Source: Desulfobacterales bacterium (lineage in GTDB: Bacteria; Desulfobacterota; Desulfobacteria; Desulfobacterales; SKZT01). Taken from it: DNA of 64,000 nt. A program made the position numbers and the translations under genes. Shown here in pieces: positions 1-9,966 of this stretch (its first letter is position 1; each line of letters starts with the position of its first letter). Location of the stretch: NCBI GenBank assembly GCA_018399715.1, contig JAGYNR010000003.1, forward strand, positions 831 to 64,830, read 5' to 3'. The notes below the pieces were generated by a model. The model was not told where the DNA came from. It searched no databases and was given only the letters and a program-made list of their open reading frames with translations.

Positions 1-118
1 TTAATAAAGATGGAAACGGTTTCAAAACGACCACTTCATTTGAAAATCCTTTAAATAAACCTTATATAGAAGTTCAAGGCAATGAGAATAAATTTCTCCT
101 CTCAGCGGAAAATTAAAT

Positions 119-511
119 ATGATTTTTAAAGGTGCTTATTGGATTTCCCCCATCGGTGATTTGTTTGAAGTCGGAACGTCTCATATTGCCGAAGTGATAA
201 AAGATCCTGAAAAATTTGGTTTGAAATTAGAAAACATAAAGGAGATTTACAGAAAACATAATGAATTTTTGGGCTTGGAGGGAAAAGCACGGGCAGAAAT
301 TCTAATTCAAATTATTCAACAAGGTTGGATTCGCCTGAGACGATATAGAGAATCTTGGAGTGTCACTGTATATCGTTTTTCAAATGAAACAAAACACCAA
401 CTTCAAAATTGGGCTGCAAATATCAATGATGATGATTCTTTCATACCAGTTAAAATTAACGAGTTAGCAACCAACCAAGAACATAAATTAATATTTTCAG
501 ATTTGCTTTGA
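119..511 (+). CDS. Hypothetical small soluble protein (130 aa)
   Basis: ATG-initiated ORF with no TM segment, signal peptide or motif I recognise. Ends in TGA. Confidence 0.4.
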   Translation: MIFKGAYWISPIGDLFEVGTSHIAEVIKDPEKFGLKLENIKEIYRKHNEFLGLEGKARAEILIQIIQQGWIRLRRYRESWSVTVYRFSNETKHQLQNWAANINDDDSFIPVKINELATNQEHKLIFSDLL

Positions 512-537
512 TGTGAATATGACCTTGGTTTTCATCA

Positions 538-1626
538 ATGAAATATTTCACGGAGATAGTTATGGCACAATTTTTAACAGGGAAATATAAAAAACCAGGT
601 CTTGCACCAGGTACCTTAATTCATATAGGGGAAATCAAAACAGACCAGATTTCCATTACCATTATGGACTACGATCAGGCAAGCTTGGTTGAACGGTCAG
701 TGCAATTTATCGAGGATACATTTGCTTTGAAAGAAACACCTTCTATTACCTGGATCAATATTACCGGGATTCATCAGATAGACGTTATCGAAAAAGTCGG
801 ACAACATTTTGATATTCATCCCTTAACCCTGGAAGATATTGTCAATACAAATCAACGCCCCAAAATGGAAGACTATGATCATTATCTGTATATCGTCACT
901 AAAATGCTCTATTTCGAACCCTTTAAAGAAGATATTCTGTCGGAACAAATCAGTATTATTTTAGGAAAAAACTTTCTGATTTCTTTCCAGGAAACCGAAA
1001 TGGATGTTTTCAGTAGTGTACGGGAACGAATCCGTAAATCAAGAGGACGTATCCGCACTTCAGGTGTCGACTATCTTGCCTATGCCCTTATGGATGCTAT
1101 TGTTGACCATTATTTTGTAGTAATGGGAACAGTTGGAGAAAGAATGGAAAGTTTGGAAGAAAAATTGCTGGGGTCTCCCGAAACCGGAATGTCTCAGGTT
1201 ATTCATGAAATGAAACGGCAGATGATCCATTTACGAAAGAATATCTGGCCGTTACGGGAAATTTTGGCAAACCTTATGAGAGGCAACTCTCCCCTTTTCC
1301 GGGAAACTACGGCGGTCTTTTTAAGAGACGTTTATGACCACACGATTCAGGTTATGGATACCATCGAATCTTACAGGGATATCCTGTCCGGAATGCTCGA
1401 TATCTATCTTTCAATGATGAGCAATCGGATGAACGAGATTATGAAGCTGTTAACGATAATTGCCACAATTTTTATTCCGATTACGTTCATTGCCGGTGTA
1501 TATGGGATGAATTTCAAATTTATGCCGGAACTGGAATGGAAATGGGGATACTTTGTTTCACTGTTTTTAATGGGTATGGTTGCAATCGCCATGCTTATTT
1601 ACTTCAGGAAAAAAAAATGGCTGTAG
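538..1626 (+). CDS. corA: CorA-family Mg2+/Co2+ channel
   Basis: C-terminal YGMNF (GMN signature) between two TM helices (LLTIIATIFIPITFIAGVYGMNF ... YFVSLFLMGMVAIAMLIYF). Long acidic cytoplasmic N-domain. In-frame alternative start at 562. Confidence 0.9.
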   Translation: MKYFTEIVMAQFLTGKYKKPGLAPGTLIHIGEIKTDQISITIMDYDQASLVERSVQFIEDTFALKETPSITWINITGIHQIDVIEKVGQHFDIHPLTLEDIVNTNQRPKMEDYDHYLYIVTKMLYFEPFKEDILSEQISIILGKNFLISFQETEMDVFSSVRERIRKSRGRIRTSGVDYLAYALMDAIVDHYFVVMGTVGERMESLEEKLLGSPETGMSQVIHEMKRQMIHLRKNIWPLREILANLMRGNSPLFRETTAVFLRDVYDHTIQVMDTIESYRDILSGMLDIYLSMMSNRMNEIMKLLTIIATIFIPITFIAGVYGMNFKFMPELEWKWGYFVSLFLMGMVAIAMLIYFRKKKWL

Positions 1627-1637
1627 GAAATTGTGAT

Positions 1638-1693
1638 TCATGAAGCAATTCTGGTTATGACCTTTTTAGCATTAGAATTGCTGGGCTTCATGA
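1638..1693 (+). terminator. Imperfect hairpin downstream of corA (possible terminator, no U-tract)
   Basis: tcatgaagcaattct (1638-1652) pairs with agaattgctgggcttcatga (1674-1693). No T-run follows it. Confidence 0.3.
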
Positions 1694-1700
1694 CCGCTAC

Positions 1701-1729
1701 TTGACACTGATAGAGCCTTCCGATATATT
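1701..1729 (+). promoter_or_regulatory. Candidate sigma-70 promoter for the rhodanese/MauE pair
   Basis: TTGACA (1701-1706), 17-nt spacer, TATATT (1724-1729), about 60 nt upstream of ATG 1789. Confidence 0.4.
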
Positions 1730-1788
1730 TATTTTTTTATGATAAAAAGGCGGTGGCGCCTGAGAGAAAAAAATTTTACTTTGTTTAA

Positions 1789-2334
1789 ATGGAGTTTATG
1801 AAAAAAACAGAGTACCTTTCCGGGAATAGATTATTCAGGGAAACCACAATATTCATAATCTTGGCAGTCACTCTCGCTTTTATTTACAATGCCATCTCAT
1901 CTAAAGGCATCGCCTTTTTTGGTGAATGGGACAAAGACATAGGAGTTGTTAATCCGAGATCAAAAGATACCCTGGTGGATCATGACCTTGAAATCGGGTC
2001 TGTGCAGACGGCAAAAAGAATTTTCGATACCGGAAATGCTGTTTTTGTTGATGTGCGTTCTGAAGACCAATATCAAGATGGTCATATAAAAGGCGCTGTC
2101 ATGATGCCAGTAAACGAGTTTGACCGGTTGATTGATGCATTTCAAAACCAGTATCCACCCGAAACACTTCTGATTACCTACTGTTCCGGAAGACAATGTC
2201 AGGACAGTCATTTGGCGGCTCAGTTTTTTTTCGAAAATGGCTATTGGAATGTCAGTGTTTTTATAGATGGTTTTTTTGCCTGGGAATCAGAAGGATATCC
2301 CGTTGAGCGAGACGATGAAAGCAATTCCGAATAA
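1789..2334 (+). CDS. Membrane-anchored rhodanese-domain sulfurtransferase-like protein
   Basis: N-terminal TM (TTIFIILAVTLAFIYNAI). Rhodanese layout FVDVRSEDQYQDGHIKGA ... active-site loop YCSGRQCQDS. Confidence 0.75.
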   Translation: MEFMKKTEYLSGNRLFRETTIFIILAVTLAFIYNAISSKGIAFFGEWDKDIGVVNPRSKDTLVDHDLEIGSVQTAKRIFDTGNAVFVDVRSEDQYQDGHIKGAVMMPVNEFDRLIDAFQNQYPPETLLITYCSGRQCQDSHLAAQFFFENGYWNVSVFIDGFFAWESEGYPVERDDESNSE

Positions 2335-2785
2335 CCCGTGGTTAGAATTGGCGGCCCGATGGTTTCTGGCCTTAACTTTTTTATACGCTAGTTATTCAAA
2401 GATTTTAAATCCGGGTCAGTTTGCTAAAATCATTTACGGATATGGTCTTTTCCCGGGATGTATCATCAACCTGATGGCGATTACCATACCATGGCTGGAA
2501 TTTGTCGCAGCATTATCCCTTATGGCAGGCATTTATCCCCGGTCAGGAGCACTGCTGATAAATGTCATGCTGGTATTATATATGATAGTTTTGAGTATAA
2601 ACCTTATTCGAGGGTACCAGTTTGACTGTGGATGTTTTTCTCCTAAGTCGCACAATAGTTCAACATCATGGTTGTTGATCCGGGATGTATTTTATTTGAT
2701 CCTGGGAATTTTTATACTTCGTTTCAAAAATTTCCGAAAGTGGTGTTTGTGTGGCTTTGGGAGACTTTCCGAATTAATTGCCTGA
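2315..2785 (+). CDS. MauE/DoxX-family redox-associated membrane protein
   Basis: Four predicted TM helices and a CGCF motif (FDCGCFSP) typical of MauE/DoxX. Start moved to ATG 2315 (MKAIPNNPW), overlapping the rhodanese gene by 20 nt. Confidence 0.65.
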   Translation: MKAIPNNPWLELAARWFLALTFLYASYSKILNPGQFAKIIYGYGLFPGCIINLMAITIPWLEFVAALSLMAGIYPRSGALLINVMLVLYMIVLSINLIRGYQFDCGCFSPKSHNSSTSWLLIRDVFYLILGIFILRFKNFRKWCLCGFGRLSELIA

Positions 2786-2848
2786 TAGCATGGAGCAACT
2801 TGTCCGTCTCTACCCAAAGAAAATAAAAAAAATCGAAAGGTTTAATAA

Positions 2849-3805
2849 ATGAAGCAAAAAATATCGGTGACGATTCCGGTATTCAACGAGGAAAAAAATC
2901 TCTATACGCTTTATCAACGTCTGATTCAGGTTTTGGTGAGTATTGATCATGAGTTTGAAATAATTTTTGTCAATGATGGCAGTTCAGATAATAGCAAAAG
3001 CACATTGAATCAGATAGCAGAAGAAAATCCTTGCGTCAAAGTTATTCATTTTACCAGAAATTTCGGTCAGACAGCCGCAATGATGGCAGGATTTGATCAT
3101 GCCGACGGGGAAATAATTGTTCCCATGGATGCAGATTTACAAAATGATCCTGAAGATATTCCTTTGCTTTTGGCAAAGCTTGATGAGGGGTACGATTTAT
3201 GCTCAGGATGGCGTAAAAAGAGAAATGACAAGATGCTGCGGAAAAAAATTGTCAGCAGGATTGCCAACAAGCTGATTTCCAAGATATCCAGGGTTAACCT
3301 GAAAGATTATGGATGCACTCTGAAAGCTTACCGAAAAAGTGTTATCAAAGGCGTGAAGCTCTATGGTGAAATGCATCGGTTTATACCGATATATGCCAGT
3401 TGGGAAGGGGCGAAAATATCGGAAATTCCGGTCAGGCATCACCCCCGCGTTCATGGAAAATCCAGCTATGGTCTGGAAAGAACTTACAAGGTTTTATTGG
3501 ACCTGATTGTCATTGTATTTCTGGATAACTGGGTTTATAAGCCGATTTATCTGTTCGGCGGATTCGGGTTGTTCAATTTTTTCATTGCCATACTTGCCTT
3601 TTCCTATGCTACCTATTTAAAATTTTATAAAGGTATCGATTATATTTTAACGCCGTTACCACTTTTGACCACCATGACCGTTATTACGGGAATTATGTGT
3701 ATTCTCATGGGCTTACTGGCGGAAATGATCATGCGTACTTACTGTGAGGCCCAAAAGAAGAAAGCCTATCTGATCAGGGAAACCCGGAATATCGGAAAGA
3801 GTTAA
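2849..3805 (+). CDS. GT2 polyprenyl-phosphate glycosyltransferase (ArnC/DPM1-like) with two C-terminal TM helices
   Basis: ISVTIPVFNEE, VNDGSSDNS, DADLQNDP (DxD) motifs. C-terminal hydrophobic pair. Confidence 0.85.
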   Translation: MKQKISVTIPVFNEEKNLYTLYQRLIQVLVSIDHEFEIIFVNDGSSDNSKSTLNQIAEENPCVKVIHFTRNFGQTAAMMAGFDHADGEIIVPMDADLQNDPEDIPLLLAKLDEGYDLCSGWRKKRNDKMLRKKIVSRIANKLISKISRVNLKDYGCTLKAYRKSVIKGVKLYGEMHRFIPIYASWEGAKISEIPVRHHPRVHGKSSYGLERTYKVLLDLIVIVFLDNWVYKPIYLFGGFGLFNFFIAILAFSYATYLKFYKGIDYILTPLPLLTTMTVITGIMCILMGLLAEMIMRTYCEAQKKKAYLIRETRNIGKS

Positions 3806-3806
3806 T

Positions 3807-5696
3807 ATGTGCGGCATTTGTGGATTTGTCGGCGCCGGAGATATAGAAGATTTGCAGCGGATGACCGATGCTGTGAAACATCGCGGTCCCGATGATGCTG
3901 GTGTTTGGCGTGACCCTGTACATGGCGTTTATCTGGGACACAGGCGGTTGTCAATTATTGACATTTCCGGTGGAAAACAACCCATGCAAACATCCGACGG
4001 GGATCTGGTCATCACTTATAACGGTGAAATTTATAATCATCGGGAACTGAGAAAAAAGCTGGAGCAAAACGGGCATATTTTTGATACGGATCATTCCGAT
4101 ACGGAAGTCCTTCTTCATGGTTATCGCCAATGGAATGAACAGCTACCTGAAAAATTAAACGGCATGTGGGCTTTCGCTTTGTATGATCGAAACCGAAAGC
4201 GGTTGTTTCTTAGCAGGGACAGATTTGGGAAAAAGCCTCTTTTTTGGTCTTTTCAGGGAAATACATTTGTCTTTGCCTCTGAATTAACCGCCCTCATAAA
4301 CCATCACAAAATCAGAGCCGCTGTCAGTGAGTACGGAACCGTAAAGTATTTTGCCTACGGCTTTATTCCGGCGCCGAATTCGATACTTGAAAATGTATAT
4401 AAGCTTCCTGGCGGACAGAATCTGCTTTTGGATGTGTGCAGTCTGGCATTTACCCATCAAAAATACTGGGATTTTAAACTGGAGCCTTTTGATAATATTC
4501 CCAAAAATCCTCAAAAAGTATGGGGAGAGCAATTAAGGGAGCTTTTATCCAATGCCGTAAAGCGTCGTCTGATGTCAGATGTGCCGTTGGGTATATTTTT
4601 AAGCGGTGGCATTGATTCATCGGCAGTTGCCTATTATGCTACCCGCTTTGCCGGAAATGATAAAGTGAAGACCTTTTCTGTGGGATTCGATGACAAAAGC
4701 TTTGATGAATCCGCATACTCAGCCAAAATTTCTAATTTGCTGGGAACTTCGCATTACATAGAATTTCTTTCCGTTGAAAAAGCATGCTCGTTATTACCAT
4801 CTGTCATTGAAAAACTCGATGAGCCCATGGGAGACGGTTCGATTTTGCCTACCTATCTGCTATCTGCGCTTACCCGGAAAAAAGTGACGGTTGCGTTGGG
4901 CGGAGATGGGGCTGATGAACTGTTTGCAGGCTACGATCCATTTCGGGTATTGCGGATTGCCCAATTATATCAAAAACTCGTTCCTAAGCCGGTTCATGAG
5001 GCAATCCGGATGCTGGCAGGATTTATTCCGGTATCACATCAAAACATGAGTCCGGATTTTAAAATAAAAAGAACGTTGCGGGGCCTCAGCTACTCTCCAA
5101 ATCTGTGGCAGCCTGTATGGCTTGGGCCTTTATGCCCGGCGGAATTAAACAGCCTCTTTAATCTGCGGCTTGACCCTGAAGCCGTTTATTCCGAAGCCAT
5201 TGAAATTTGGGAGTCCTGCCGGGGATTGAATCTGATTGACAAAACTCTTCAATTTTATACCAGGTTATATTTGCAGGATGACATCCTGGTGAAGGTGGAC
5301 AGAGCCGGCATGATGAATTCGTTGGAAGTACGCGCACCTTTTCTTGACATTGACCTTGTGGACTTTGTTCGGCGGATTCCTGCTGATTACAAAATCAGAA
5401 ACGGACAAACCAAATATATCTTGAAGAAAGCTCTTGAGCCAGTGTTGCCAAAACAAGTTCTTTTAAGGTCCAAAAAAGGTTTTGGGATCCCGGTAGGCAA
5501 GTGGTTTCAAAATGGATTGCTTCAACTGAATGAACATCAACCGCTCCCTTTTTTAAACCGTATGTTTACACATCAGAAATTAACGGCACATCGATTAAAC
5601 CGGCAGGATAATCGTGCATTTTTGTTCAACATATTCATGATAAATACCTGGTTAAAAACTGCCATCGGATTAAATATTGAACCTTCTGATAGTTAA
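3807..5696 (+). CDS. asnB: Asparagine synthetase (glutamine-hydrolysing)-type amidotransferase in a glycan locus
   Basis: MCGICG N-terminal nucleophile Cys2. PP-loop SGGIDSS. 629 aa, typical AsnB length. Confidence 0.9.
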   Translation: MCGICGFVGAGDIEDLQRMTDAVKHRGPDDAGVWRDPVHGVYLGHRRLSIIDISGGKQPMQTSDGDLVITYNGEIYNHRELRKKLEQNGHIFDTDHSDTEVLLHGYRQWNEQLPEKLNGMWAFALYDRNRKRLFLSRDRFGKKPLFWSFQGNTFVFASELTALINHHKIRAAVSEYGTVKYFAYGFIPAPNSILENVYKLPGGQNLLLDVCSLAFTHQKYWDFKLEPFDNIPKNPQKVWGEQLRELLSNAVKRRLMSDVPLGIFLSGGIDSSAVAYYATRFAGNDKVKTFSVGFDDKSFDESAYSAKISNLLGTSHYIEFLSVEKACSLLPSVIEKLDEPMGDGSILPTYLLSALTRKKVTVALGGDGADELFAGYDPFRVLRIAQLYQKLVPKPVHEAIRMLAGFIPVSHQNMSPDFKIKRTLRGLSYSPNLWQPVWLGPLCPAELNSLFNLRLDPEAVYSEAIEIWESCRGLNLIDKTLQFYTRLYLQDDILVKVDRAGMMNSLEVRAPFLDIDLVDFVRRIPADYKIRNGQTKYILKKALEPVLPKQVLLRSKKGFGIPVGKWFQNGLLQLNEHQPLPFLNRMFTHQKLTAHRLNRQDNRAFLFNIFMINTWLKTAIGLNIEPSDS

Positions 5697-6813
5697 TTAC
5701 GAATATCCCCCGATTGGTGCCGGCGCAGCAAATGCATCCCGGAATCTCGCTGAAATGCTCGCCCGCAAACGACATAACGTTACCGTGTTGACATCATCGT
5801 TTAAAAAGCAAAGAGGAAAAACATGGGAGAATGGCATTTTAGTATATCGAAGCCTTTCATTGAGAAAAAAAGCGGCTTCATCAAATATTTTGGAAATGAT
5901 AATCTTTTTGCTATTTGCAATGTTGATACTTCCTTTCATTATCTGTAAAAGAAAACCCGATGGTATCATTGTATTTTTTTCTTTGCCGTGTGGTCCGCTC
6001 GGGCTGATCGGAAAAAAAATTTTTGGTGTTCCTTATGTGATTTCAGTCAGGGGAGGGGATGTCCCCGGCGCCGAGCCCGGCCTTTCAGCTATTCATCACA
6101 TCCTGAAGCCATTGCGAAGAAAAATATACAAAAACAGTATTGCGGTTGTGGCGCCATCTGAGGGGCTAAAGCAAATGGCTGAAAAAGCTGATCAGATCCG
6201 GGTAAAGATTATTGAAAATGGTGTGGATACAAGTTATTTTAAACCTTCTTCCCGGCGATACACAAGAAACAACAAGTCATTAAATCTTCTGTTTGTCGGA
6301 AGGTTTCAACAGCAGAAAAACCTTTTTTTTCTGCTTGATGAAATTAAACGTTTTGTGAAAAGCTTCGACATTTGTTTACAGTTGCATATGGTTGGCGACG
6401 GACCGCAAAAAAAGGATTTAATACGATTTTCACAACAAAAAGGTCTCAACAATAATGTAATATGGCATAACTGGGTTAACCGGCAGCGATTGTCAGATAT
6501 TTATGAAAGAGCTGATTGCCTGTTGAACCTTTCTTTTTATGAGGGGATGTCCAATGTCGTACTGGAGGCCATGGCTCATGGGTTACCGGTTATTGCCAGT
6601 AAAGTTCCGGGAAATACGGAGGTAGTTGAGGACAAGGTCACCGGTTTCCTGGTGGATATAAACTCAAGCTGTCAATTTCAGTCAGTATTAAAAAAAATTG
6701 CATTGGAGCCCGGCTTATCCAAAAAAATGGGAGAAAACGGCAGAAAGCGGGTAGAAAAGTTTTTCGGATGGGAGCAGGCAGCATCAAAATATGAAAACTT
6801 ATTGAGTGCCTAA
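5677..6813 (+). CDS. GT4 (GT-B) glycosyltransferase
   Basis: N-terminus LLIVNYEYPPIGAGAA. C-terminal EX7E region YEGMSNVVLEAMAHGLPVIAS. TTG start overlaps asnB by 20 nt. Confidence 0.8.
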   Translation: MNLLIVNYEYPPIGAGAANASRNLAEMLARKRHNVTVLTSSFKKQRGKTWENGILVYRSLSLRKKAASSNILEMIIFLLFAMLILPFIICKRKPDGIIVFFSLPCGPLGLIGKKIFGVPYVISVRGGDVPGAEPGLSAIHHILKPLRRKIYKNSIAVVAPSEGLKQMAEKADQIRVKIIENGVDTSYFKPSSRRYTRNNKSLNLLFVGRFQQQKNLFFLLDEIKRFVKSFDICLQLHMVGDGPQKKDLIRFSQQKGLNNNVIWHNWVNRQRLSDIYERADCLLNLSFYEGMSNVVLEAMAHGLPVIASKVPGNTEVVEDKVTGFLVDINSSCQFQSVLKKIALEPGLSKKMGENGRKRVEKFFGWEQAASKYENLLSA

Positions 6814-7777
6814 AATGATGAATACATTTCCATTAGTTTCAGTAGTAACTCCATCGCTAAACCAGGGAAAATTTCTTCCCGAAGCCATTGAATCTGTAAA
6901 AACTCAGGACTATCCGGAGATAGAACATTTGGTTATTGACGGTGGATCAACGGATGACACCCTTGCCGTTTTAAAACGATACGAAAAAAATTATCATCGT
7001 TTGAAATGGATTTCGGAGCCTGACAACGGACAATCCTCAGCCGTTAATAAGGGTTGGAAAATGTCTGGCGGCCAGATTCTGGGATGGCTCAATTCCGATG
7101 ACACTTACCAGGCTGGTGCTGTTAAAAAAATAGTAAATTTTTTTCTCTGCAATCCTCATATATCCGTTGTTTATGGCCAATGTGATTATATAGACAAATA
7201 CGGACATTTTATCAGGGCATATCCTGCACGGAAATTTGATTTTTTGGAACTGATTCGAACTTCTGATAATTTTATCCCCCAACCAGCCGTTTTTTTCCGG
7301 AAGCAGGTTCTCAATGCTGTTGGTTATCTCGATGAATCCCTTCATTATGCAATGGATCTGGATTACTGGATGAAAATTGGGCTTCAATATCATATGGCTT
7401 TTTTCCCGGTGAAAGTTGCGATGCTTCGTCTTCATGAAATGGCAAAATCTATTGGCAAAATGATTGGGTTCGCAGAAGAATTTATTCAAATTTATCAACA
7501 TTTTTTTGGCTCTGCTGTACTTCCCGATGATATTTGCAAGATCAAAGATGAGGCGATGAGTAACATATTCTATCGGGCGGCTAGTTATGCATACTGGGCC
7601 GGGCGTTTCAACCGGGCCTGGTATTATGGATTGCAAGCTTGGCGGTTTCAACCCTTTTGCATCAAACCGCTGTATTTCTTTTTTTTACTCAGAGGCTTTG
7701 GATTAGCTCTGGCCAAAAAAATGGCAGGAAATACATTCTCCGGCAATCTGGTAAAGGAGAATAACCGCGTTGAATAA
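6806..7777 (+). CDS. GT2 glycosyltransferase
   Basis: VSVVTPSLNQ, IDGGSTDDT, LNSDD motifs. Confidence 0.8.
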   Translation: MPKMMNTFPLVSVVTPSLNQGKFLPEAIESVKTQDYPEIEHLVIDGGSTDDTLAVLKRYEKNYHRLKWISEPDNGQSSAVNKGWKMSGGQILGWLNSDDTYQAGAVKKIVNFFLCNPHISVVYGQCDYIDKYGHFIRAYPARKFDFLELIRTSDNFIPQPAVFFRKQVLNAVGYLDESLHYAMDLDYWMKIGLQYHMAFFPVKVAMLRLHEMAKSIGKMIGFAEEFIQIYQHFFGSAVLPDDICKIKDEAMSNIFYRAASYAYWAGRFNRAWYYGLQAWRFQPFCIKPLYFFFLLRGFGLALAKKMAGNTFSGNLVKENNRVE

Positions 7778-8930
7778 AAAAACGGTTGCCCTTCTTTATT
7801 GTGATCGATTGCATATCGGAGGCGTAGAAACGCATCTGCTTGCGTTATTGCGCCACGGAAAAGAGAATAGGTGGCGATGGATTATTATGGCGCCGGTTTC
7901 ATCCTTGTTTCGATCAAAAGCCAATGCGATGGGCGCAAAAATTGTCTCGTGGAAACCCAGGCATGCGCTGGATCCCTGGGCAATATTGACGCTGATTCGT
8001 TTATTAAAAAAATATCGGGTGAATTTGGTGCATTCGCATAGCTCCAGAGCATCCATTTTTGCCCAGATTGCAGCAAGCCTTTCAAATATTCCGGTGGTTT
8101 TAACCTTTCATCAACCCTTATGTGCATTGGTATATGAAAACGGATCAATGGGAAACTTTAAGCGTTGGTATTGGTTATACCTTAAAATTTCGAAAGTGCT
8201 AAACCGGTTATTAACGAACCGGATTATACATGTTTCATCCCGGGCACAAAATGAAGCGTTTGAATTAGGCCTGGCGCCATCAGATAAAACTGTTGTGATT
8301 CGAAACGGTGTCGATGTTTCGAAATTCAGCTATAATAAATCCACCTGTAATTACCGCAAAAAAAATGGAGTGCCCCGGGAGTTAATGGTTATCACCTGTA
8401 TAGGACGTCTTCATGACCAAAAAGGAATAGATCTGTTTCTGGATTCGATAAAAATAATTGAACCGTATATGGAGAAAACTCAGGTATGGATTGTTGGGGA
8501 CGGTCCCAGGCGCATAGATCTAAAACATCAGGCCGATAAACTAGGATTGACGAATGTTGTACGATTTTGGGGGTTTAAAAGTGAAATTGTCGAGATCCTG
8601 GAAGCCAGCGATATCTTTGTGTTGCCGTCACGTTTTGAAACGGGTCCCATTGTTGTTTTAGAGGCTATGGCAGTTGGCTTGCCGTGTGTGGTTACAGATG
8701 TCGGTGAAAATTTTTATATGATTGAGCAAGGCGTCAGCGGTATTATCGTATCGCCGGAAAATCCAAAAGCACTTGCAAGGGCTTTAAAAACAGTTCTGAA
8801 AGATGCCAACCTTCGGCGTCAAATGGGAGAGGCTGCCCGAAGAAGAGCCTTGGTTTTTAGTGAAAAAAAAATGGTGAAACTCATTGAAAGAGAGTATGAA
8901 GACGTCTTAAGATACCAAAACTTGAGATAA
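7770..8930 (+). CDS. GT4 glycosyltransferase
   Basis: GGVETHLL N-domain. FETGPIVVLEAMAVGLPCVVT EX7E region. AAGGAG RBS 11 nt before TTG 7770. Confidence 0.8.
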   Translation: MNKKTVALLYCDRLHIGGVETHLLALLRHGKENRWRWIIMAPVSSLFRSKANAMGAKIVSWKPRHALDPWAILTLIRLLKKYRVNLVHSHSSRASIFAQIAASLSNIPVVLTFHQPLCALVYENGSMGNFKRWYWLYLKISKVLNRLLTNRIIHVSSRAQNEAFELGLAPSDKTVVIRNGVDVSKFSYNKSTCNYRKKNGVPRELMVITCIGRLHDQKGIDLFLDSIKIIEPYMEKTQVWIVGDGPRRIDLKHQADKLGLTNVVRFWGFKSEIVEILEASDIFVLPSRFETGPIVVLEAMAVGLPCVVTDVGENFYMIEQGVSGIIVSPENPKALARALKTVLKDANLRRQMGEAARRRALVFSEKKMVKLIEREYEDVLRYQNLR

Positions 8931-9901
8931 TGAACAAGGATGCTAAGATATTTGTCGCAGGCCATAGGGGAATGGTTGGATCTGCCATTGTAAGGGCATT
9001 AATATCCCGTGGATATGAAAATATTATTACACGTTCCCATTTACAACTGGACCTGACACGTCAAAGCGATGTAGAAGATTTTTTTTATGCCGAAAAACCC
9101 GAGTATGTATTCCTGGCAGCAGCCACGGTAGGTGGCATTCTCGCCAACAGCACTTATCCCGCTGATTTCATCTATCAAAATAGTCAAATCCAGAATAATG
9201 TGATTTACAGCGCCCATCAATTCAATGTTAAAAAGTTGCTGTTTTTGGGCAGCTCCTGCATATATCCGAGAAATTGTCCTCAACCCATGAAGGAAGAATA
9301 TCTGCTGACAGGAACACTGGAAAAAACCAATGAAGCTTACGCGGTGTCGAAAATTTCCGGGATAAAAATGTGCCAGTATTTTTATTTCCAATACGGAGAT
9401 GATTTTCTGTCAGTTATGCCCACAAACCTTTATGGTCCAAACGATAATTTTGACCTGGAAACCTCACACGTTATGCCGGCGCTGATTCGAAAGTTTCATG
9501 AAGGCAGGAAACAATGGGAAAAAAAGCAAAAAGACATAACGGTTACTGTTTGGGGAACAGGAACTCCGCTAAGGGAATTCCTCCATGTGAACGATATGGC
9601 GGATGCTTGCATTTTTGTTATGGATAAGATAAGCTCTGATTATCTTTACAAAAATGACGTCACCCATCTGAATATTGGTACAGGAAAGGATATTTCGATT
9701 GCCGATCTGGCTGAAATGATAAAAAACATCGTCGGCTTTGAAGGAAAGATTTGTTTTGATCCGGGAAAACCCGATGGTACACCTAAAAAGCTTTTGGACG
9801 TTTCAAGACTTACCGGTTTGGGGTGGCGCTGTAAAATTGATTTACAAGAGGGTATTGAAAATACCTATCGCTGGTTCTGTAAAAATATCGAACCCAAATG
9901 A
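8930..9901 (+). CDS. fcl: GDP-L-fucose synthase (GDP-4-keto-6-deoxymannose 3,5-epimerase/4-reductase)
   Basis: SDR Rossmann VAGHRGMVGSAI, YAVSK catalytic YxxxK, 323 aa. Adjacent to gmd. Confidence 0.9.
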   Translation: MNKDAKIFVAGHRGMVGSAIVRALISRGYENIITRSHLQLDLTRQSDVEDFFYAEKPEYVFLAAATVGGILANSTYPADFIYQNSQIQNNVIYSAHQFNVKKLLFLGSSCIYPRNCPQPMKEEYLLTGTLEKTNEAYAVSKISGIKMCQYFYFQYGDDFLSVMPTNLYGPNDNFDLETSHVMPALIRKFHEGRKQWEKKQKDITVTVWGTGTPLREFLHVNDMADACIFVMDKISSDYLYKNDVTHLNIGTGKDISIADLAEMIKNIVGFEGKICFDPGKPDGTPKKLLDVSRLTGLGWRCKIDLQEGIENTYRWFCKNIEPK

Positions 9902-9966
9902 TTCTGGTTGGACACAGAAGTTCGTTGGGTAATTGAAAAAGGAAATTTATTAGGATACTTATTTAA

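Noticed and set aside
1-118. Possible 3' end of an upstream gene at the window edge.
   Set aside because: Too short, and no frame with recognisable content. Cannot be supported.
7037-7651. Long antisense or alternative-frame ORFs from the track: 7037-7651(-), 10528-10962(-), 13826-14212(-), 13992-14336(+), 26073-26507(-), 32841-33371(-), 36747-37202(-), 44528-45025(+), 53546-53896(-), 56407-56829(-), and all the 60-110 aa ORFs embedded in larger genes.
   Set aside because: Each lies entirely inside, opposite to, or out of frame with a gene that has clear family motifs. Their translations are low-complexity or Arg/Ser/Leu-biased shadow products with no RBS or motif.
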